Of a stretch of DNA of 64,000 bases, positions 56,981 through 64,000 are shown one piece after another. Every line of letters starts with the position of its first letter. The first letter of the stretch is position 1. A program made the position numbers and the translations under genes. This DNA is from Mobula birostris (Eukaryota): assembly GCF_030028105.1 (NCBI RefSeq), contig NC_092371.1:14281884-14345883 (forward strand). Direction: 5' to 3'. Under the pieces are notes generated by a model. It ran no database searches. It worked only from the letters and a program-made list of their open reading frames with translations, and had not been told where the DNA came from.

Positions 56981-59744
56981 TCACTGGAGGAAGTTGTCTA
57001 TTGGCCACCGAAAAATGACATTACTGTGGCACGGACAATAAACAGAAATATTTGAGGTATGTCGGAATGGAACCGGAGTTATCATGGGGGAGTTTAACTT
57101 GCACATAGATTGGATGAATCAAGCTGATAGAGTGAGTCTTGAAGAGGACTTCGTACAGTGTTAGGTGACAGACTTCTTGAACAGCATGGTACTGAACCTA
57201 CAAGGGAACGTCCTATCTTACTTCTAATCCTGTGCAATGAGACAGGTAAAATTAGTGATCTTGTAGTTAGGGATCTTCTTAGTTGAGTTTGAATTACGTA
57301 AAACGGAAAAAGGTTGCTAAGGTGAAAGTAGGTCCCTTGGAGGACGAAAAGGAACAATTGATATCGGGTAATAAGGAAATGGCTGAGATTTTGAATGACT
57401 ATTTTGCTTCGGATTTCACAGTGGGGACCCCGCCTAATATGCCAAAGAGAAATGATATGGATGCGATGGGAAGTGAGGACCTCGATACAAAAGCTATCAC
57501 TAAAGAGATAGTTCTGAGCAAACTTGTGGGCCTAACGATAGATAAGACCCCTGGTCCTGATGGAATACTTCCCAGGACACTGAAAGAAATGAGAGGGGTG
57601 ACAAGTTATCAAAATTTTCTGGATTCTGGGCAGGTTCCGACTGATTGGAAGAAGGCGAATGTACCGCCACCATTGAAGAAGAACTTAGGCAAAAGGCAGG
57701 TAACTATTGGCCATTTAGTTTAACATCTGTAGTTGGGAAGGAGGACTTAGGAGTGCTTGTGCGTGAATCGCAAAAGGCTGGTTTGCAGGTGCATCAAATT
57801 ATCAAGAAGGCAAACGGACCGGAGGTCATTGCTAGAGCGTGCAATTCTGGTCTCCTTACTTGAGGAAGAATATATGGGCTCTGGAGTCTGTACAGAAGAG
57901 GTTCGCCAGGTTGATTCCAGAGAAGAGGGGGTTAGACTATGAGAATAGATTGAATCGCCTGGGAATGTACTCGCTGGAATTCAGAAGGATGAAAGGAAAT
58001 CTGGTTGAAACATCGAAAAATATGAATGGGATAGATTAGATAGAGGCAGGAAAGTTGTTTCCACTATTAAGTGGGACGGGAGCTAGAGGACACTGCCTCA
58101 AGATTCAGGGGAGTAAATCCCGGACGGATATGAGGAGGAACTGCTTTTCCCAGAGTGGTGAATCTGTGGAATTCACTGCCCAATGAAGCAGTGGAGGCTA
58201 CCTCAGTAAATATATTTAAGATAAGGTTGGTTAGATTGTTGCATAGTATGGGAATTAAGGGTTATGGGGTCAAAGACAGGTCGGTGGAGACCATGGTCAG
58301 TTCTGTCATGATCGTATTGAATGGTGGAGCAATTTCGTCAGACCAGATGGTCTACTACTGCTCCTATTTCTTATTTTTTATGTTCTTTAACATGTCACCT
58401 AAATTCCTGAACTCTCTATGCAGAAGATCGTCACACGTCCTATCCATGTCATTTGTACCTATATGGACCACGACCCCTGGCTGTTCACCATCCCACTTAA
58501 GAACACAGAGGTCTCGATCCGAGATATCCCGGACCATGGCAGTCATCCGGCATCCACACTAGCCTTTCCTTTACAGACACACACACACAAACACACAGAA
58601 CATTTTTGGTGTCCTCTTTTACATTGCAGGTTAGCCAACCTCATATCCTTAATATTCCAGATTAAGGAGCATGGAGCCAAAGACAATAAACAGAATGCGC
58701 CCACGATTCAAGCAAAGAACCTTTCGGCTGAAGTGAGTGAGTTACCTCCCACTTTTCAATCACATGCTTTTCTTCTGGACGTTCAGTGGGGAAGGCAGAA
58801 GTTGGCGTTGACAAGTGCTCTGTGGTTGTACTGGCCCATATGTGTCACAAGAGGGAGGTGAAGAGCTAGATTGTGATTTCCGGTTGCTATTTTGGGAGCG
58901 AGGAGCACCGGATGTCAGATACAAACAAAGAGCTTTCCAATTATAAATGTGAAGAGGCAGCTAACGGAGTGTACTGAATACAGATTACGGAGTCTGAAAA
59001 TAGAATGCAACAAAATTCTTGCAGAACTAACTAGGCTTGCTTTTTTACCCCGCAGGACAATTGGACCAGAAACTTTTTCATGCTGTGTAGGAACTTGGAA
59101 CAGAGCCAGGACTTTGCATTGAGCCTTCTGCAACAATCATTTAGGTCGCGACTGATTTTGGAGACGGACAGGATACGGGAAGGCACACAGGGCTGAAAGA
59201 AATTACAGATAAAAGGAGGGCCGAGAGGGAGACAATTTACGTGATGGGAGTCTCCAGAAACGGTTTCAGGAGCGAGGCTGGACAGATTTCAGGAAGTGGC
59301 ATGTTGGAACTAAACGATGTAACAGGTAATTCAAGGAGAAATTTTAGACCAACGCTGAAATATTGAACCGATAGATTCTACTATCGGTCAGGAAAGATAA
59401 CTGGAGAAAGGCGAAAAAATTGTAAGTAAGAGCGCTCACTTCAGTGTTCGCATTACTGCTTTCTCCTCGCTAATGACATTAAGAAGACAACAGGTGGGAT
59501 AAGCCAGCGCTCGTCCGGAGGAGAGGGCGAATGGGAGGCCTCAATCAACGGTGTTAGACTCGATGATATCATTAGCTGAAGTAGACTCATCCATCTGAAA
59601 CCATAACTTTCCTCAGATGGTGTGTGATCTGCCGATGTTTCCAACATTTTCTTTTTTCTTTTTTCTTTTCCAAAAAGTGCATTTTAAATATTTCTCATCT
59701 ATAGTTCCATTGTTGCATTGAGGCTACGGATTGGGTATGCAATG

Positions 59745-60798
59745 ACCATAAGACCATAAGACCATAAGACAAAGGAGCAGAAGAAGGACATTCAGCCCAT
59801 CGAGTCTGCTCCGACATTTTATCAAGAGCTGATCCATTCTCCTATTTAGTCCCACTGCCAGGCCTTCTCACCATAACCTTTGATGCCCTGGCTACTCAGA
59901 TACCCATCAATCTCGGTCTTAAATACACCCAATGACTTGGCCTCCACTGGTGCCCGTGGCAACAAATTCTATAGATTTACCACCCTCTGACTAAAAAAAT
60001 TTCTTCGCATTTCTGTTCTGAATGGGCGCCTTTCAATCCTTAAGTCATGCCCTCTCGTACTAGACTCCCCCATCATGGGAAACAACTTTGCCATATCCAC
60101 TCTGTCCATGCCTTTTAACACTCGAAATGTTTCTATGAGGTCTCCCCTCATTCTTCTAAACTGCAAGGAATACAGTCCAAGAGCGGACAAACGTTCCTCA
60201 TATGTTAACCCTCTCATTCCCGGAATCATTCTAGTGAATCTTCTCTGTACCCTCTCCAACGTTAGCACATCCTTTCTTAAATAAGGAGACCAAAACTGCT
60301 CACAGTACTCCAAGTGAGATCTCACCATCGCCTTATAGAGCCTCAACATCACATCCCTGCTCCTATACTCTATTCCTTTAAAAATGAATGCCAACATTGG
60401 ATTCGCCTTCTTCACTACTGACTCAACCTGGAGGTTAACTTTAAGTGTATCCTGTACGAGGACTCCCAAGTCCCGTTGCATCTCAGAACTTTGAATTCTT
60501 TCCCCATTTAAATAATAGTCTGCCCGTTTATTTGTTCTGCCAAAATGCATAACCATACACTTTCCAACATTGTACTTCATTTGCCACTTCTCTGCCCATT
60601 CGTCCAATCTATCTAAGTCTCTCTGCAGACTCTCCGTTTCCTCAGCACCACCGGCCCCTCCACCTATCTTCGTATCGTCAGCAAACTTAGCCACAAAGCC
60701 ATCTATTCCATAATCCAAATCGTTGATGTACAATGTAAAAAGAAGTGGCCCCAACACTGATCCCTGTGGAACACCACTGGTAACCGGCAACCAACCAG
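59745..60798 (-). mobile_element. Young CR1 LINE RT fragment
   Basis: Uninterrupted [36 protein letters not shown]; (GACCATAA)3 tail. Confidence 0.92.
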
Positions 60799-62039
60799 AT
60801 GCAGGGATTATTTTGCATATCACAGAACAGACGGTGCCCTCAATCTGGCCCCACATCTCTGATCTAAAATACTTTTCTGAGGATGAATAATTGAGAGATT
60901 CGACAATAAAAAAGTCACAAGAGATCTGTTTCTTCATATCTGAGATGGTGTGGCGGATTTAGTGAAAAGGTATCATTCAATGCACGGCCCCAATCTGCCA
61001 GTTTCAAACTTAAACGGAAGATTCTTTACTTTGACTACAGTTAAAAGCTAAAACGTCCCGGAGACTCTAAAGACATGTTACAAATGCTCTCTAATGATGA
61101 AAGGTTGTACGTAAAACATACTGGGAGACATGTTTCAGCATTTTATCATGTTACGACAATTGATCTTCTAATGACCGTTTAATTTTATATCGTGTCACAC
61201 CATACAACTGGATTATCGTAGGAATAGTTGACGCCTTGGTTGTGGATAATAACAAACCTCCATCTTGAATCTCGCCTCTGTGGACTCTAAATCTATCGGC
61301 ATTGTTCCAGGCGGAACAAAGTAACAGGATAATTGAAATTGATTTATAAACTGTTAATTTAAACAATACAATTTTTGTTTGTCATCGTGAGGCAAAAGAA
61401 ACAAATTCTGTTCGAATCGACAGAGAACTATAAGTCTGTGATCGAGGAACTCTCAGGGAATAAAATTAGCACAAAGAAATACTGCTGGTGAAATTTACAA
61501 GAAAGGAAATGTTAAATTTCTGAGACTGCGTAATCAAAGGTTTCAAAGGTTTCAAAGATAAATTTAATGTCAGAGAAATGTATACAATATAGATCCTGAA
61601 ATTATTTTTCTTCTAGGGTTGTTATGGATGTCGTTGACGTGCTGATGTTGTCATAATCTTCAATGCGATACATATTCGATCAGATTCAACGACTCTGAAT
61701 GTATACCTATCATTCAAGGGGAGCAAAAGAAAGTAATATACAAGGTCCAGTTAGCAGAACATAATGGTAAAGACGTGGAAACAGGAAAAACATAATGACT
61801 GTATTTGATAGAGTTATGGATTTGTCAGTGTGAAACATATTCGGCAAATCTATACTTTGATTTTGTAATTCACAGAAGAGGTAAAGGCGAAACTGTTAAC
61901 GTGTTTACTTTATGAAAACAGTTGATAGAATGTCACACAGTATTATTAAAGTTAATATGATCTATTTGGCATTGATTGAAGGTTGATTAGCGGAAATAGA
62001 TCATTTTAACATAAGGCGATAAGCGAATTTCCAAGTAAC

Positions 62040-62400
62040 AAAGATAGATAGATAGATAGATAGATATACTTTATTAAACCTGAGGGAAATTTGGTTTCGT
62101 TACAGCCGCACCGACCAGAATAGAGCGTAAATATAGCAATACAAAAACCACAACAATCAAACAACAAAATGCAAACTATGCCAGATGGAAAATAAGTCCA
62201 GTACCAGTCTATTGGCTCAGGGTGTCTGACCCTCCACTGGAGGAGCTGCACGTTCGATGGCCAAAGGCAGGAAAGACCTCCCGTGCCGCCAAGTGTTGTA
62301 TCACGGTGGAATGTTGCCGAAGTCCAACAGTAACAAGTTCAGTATCCAGTCTGCAAACACATTCCTCTATCGTAATATACCCCGGATGGCACCATCCGTT
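62040..62400 (-). mobile_element. LINE 3' fragment with a (GATA)n tail
   Basis: (GATA)5 at about 62043-62065 followed by a typical retroposon tail; family tentative. Confidence 0.5.
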
Positions 62401-63303
62401 GTTAACCAGATCAGTAAGCACGAAACTCCTTTACGCTTACCGCTCTCGGTGCACTTCCGGTCAGCCAGAACGGTATTACCCACCGAACACCTCTTCTCCA
62501 AAAGTCTCTGTTGCCTCGACCCGGTCCTCTTTCAATAAAATGAAATGTAGCGCAGAAAAGTGTAAGAATACGCATATCAGTCAACGAGCGTTAAAGAAAT
62601 TTTAAATGAACAAACACTGAAATATATTGGTTTCAAGGGGGAACAATGTCAGTGGTCTTCAGAAGAATTGGATGTAAGCTCACATGACCTGCAAATTGCA
62701 TTCTGGGCCTGTCCGGGTTGATGAAGGGTTAATGATTCTCTTGCATGAAGGTACCTAGAATAACGACGACGCTTTAAAAATCGGGTTGACCTTTCAGAAT
62801 TGAGATGACAGGTTATCTGTTCAACTAGAACTTAATAAATCTCCAGAATGTTCTACGCGGATGGCATTCAGATCTTTGTACTTGCTCACATGTAAGACCG
62901 AGCTGGATCGATTTTTAGATGATAACCGAAAAGCCAGGTCTTCGATTAGTGTCGGAAAATGGCACCAAGGTACGAAGCTAACCATGTCCGTACTTAATGG
63001 GAAGAAGGATATAGAACATAGTGTTGCTGTTAGAAAGGAAGTGCTCTTCAGGGTGACAAATAAAGTACAGAGGCCACACGGTTGAGAAAAGCAAATGAAT
63101 GTCACTTGACACCATCTGTTTCTAGCCTACGGTTTAAGCAACCTGGTCTGCGCAACACTTTCCACGCATGCCCATGTAACACAGAGCGCCCTTTGCAGTT
63201 AGGCGCAATCACTGACCTTGAAAGCGTAAACAGGAAACCTGTAGCGTGAATTGGCACAGTGCGGTACTTTCCACAGATGTATCTTTAAATGCTAGGCATA
63301 ATT

Positions 63304-63433
63304 ATGGCATCCGACCTACATTTCACTTCCCTTCAGAACTCACCAATATCTGGGCAATCTCTCGGTGCACAATTCGCAGCGACTGCGACAGTGAGCTTTT
63401 CAACGGTCTGCGTCCTGATCTATCTCCTTCCAG
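63304..63433 (+). other. Candidate leader exon of a further IgSF-like gene running out of the window
   Basis: Open from ATG 63304 to ..TVSFSTVCVLIYLLP with a strong phase-1 donor G|GTGAGT; ends like the IgL leader (..LVHLP G|GT). Confidence 0.45.
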
Positions 63434-64000
63434 GTGAGTCTTCGCTGCTTCGAATTTGGTTGGGAAGCAATTCTTGCGCCAGATCATTGAAGTGATTGCT
63501 TTAGGGCAGGGGTTCCCAATCTTTTTTATGCCATGAAGCCCTACCATTAATCAACGGGTCCGTAGACCCGATGTTGGAAGCCCTCTGCCTTAGCAGAAGA
63601 TTGGTTCTGTGGAATTTTTCCGGGATAAGCAAAGTGCACCTTGTTACAGCATTATCATAGTTTCGCGTAAGATGTCAAAATCACTATCCTGATACATATA
63701 AGATATCTCATATTGACTTTTGGAACAAGGATAGAGGATTTACTCGTCCTCCGTAACTCAGAGATATACATCAATGAGGATCACTGAAAAATTATTGGAG
63801 ATTATTGCATTTCCGCCCCCCATCCAAGGACTTTATCTGTCTAATGTCTAATTCTATTTCTTTTTTTCTGTCTCGTTATCTTTCTCTCTATCCTCCACGA
63901 TCGATTTTAATCCTTAGGATGTAGGTCCCAATGGAAATAAGGAATCCTAATAATTTGGTGAACGGACAAGGCATTTTACGCAGAGTCCGGTCTATATATA

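Larger units (their letters stand above)
54330..58385 (+). mobile_element. Decayed CR1 LINE interrupted by two nested insertions
   Basis: Endonuclease LAAITETWLQGG, RT KTPGPDG and QFWSPYLRK; sequence resumes collinearly after each insertion. Confidence 0.8.

Noticed and set aside
59058-59195. Strong acceptor and open phase-0 frame DNWTRNFFMLC.. as an alternative last exon
   Set aside because: It lies beyond the polyA signal and a 4-kb repeat nest, and has no recognisable motif.
59969-60937. Longest ORF in the track (322 aa) as a host gene
   Set aside because: It is CR1 reverse transcriptase with a fortuitous upstream in-frame extension.
61151-61366. Minus ORF with a signal-peptide-like start (SISIILLLCSA)
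   Set aside because: Non-ATG start, no splice donor after the hydrophobic stretch and no downstream domain.
4599-63262. Recombination signal sequences: CACAGTG/CACTGTG heptamers near 4599, 17928, 20029, 33447, 48827, 52573 and 63255
   Set aside because: None that I checked has an ACAAAAACC-like nonamer at 12 or 23 nt spacing, and none abuts a V or J coding end.
1-64000. Prokaryotic systems (CRISPR arrays, operons, rRNA)
   Set aside because: The DNA is spliceosomal-intron-containing vertebrate sequence; no regularly spaced repeat-spacer array or rRNA-like segment was seen.

Overview
Repeat-rich vertebrate genomic DNA, almost certainly from a cartilaginous fish (the light-chain isotype and the repeat families point to an elasmobranch, probably a ray; the species is an inference). 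Most of the window is decayed retroelement sequence (CR1, Rex1/Babar, Penelope-like, HERO, R4/Dong, RTE, L1, Tc1-like, SINEs, a solo LTR). It contains a small immunoglobulin-superfamily cluster. (1) An intact germline-joined VJ-C immunoglobulin light-chain gene of the sigma-cart (type I/NS5) isotype at 17316-19823 (+). (2) An intact six-exon, 290-aa non-rearranging antigen-receptor-like gene at 40070-53857 (+): leader, pre-joined VJ domain with FGxG, C1-set domain, Cys-bearing stalk plus uncharged TM, and a cytoplasmic tail ending in a YAQL motif. (3) An anciently diverged paralogue of that gene, with the same exon plan, on the minus strand (about 28987-37172), head-to-head with it and now a pseudogene (insertion in the V exon, frameshifts, stops, lost Cys). 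(4) A probable leader exon of a further gene at the right edge. No recombination signal sequences were found near any V or J. All exon models were assembled by hand from splice consensus and reading-frame phase; no database search was run and repeat boundaries are approximate.
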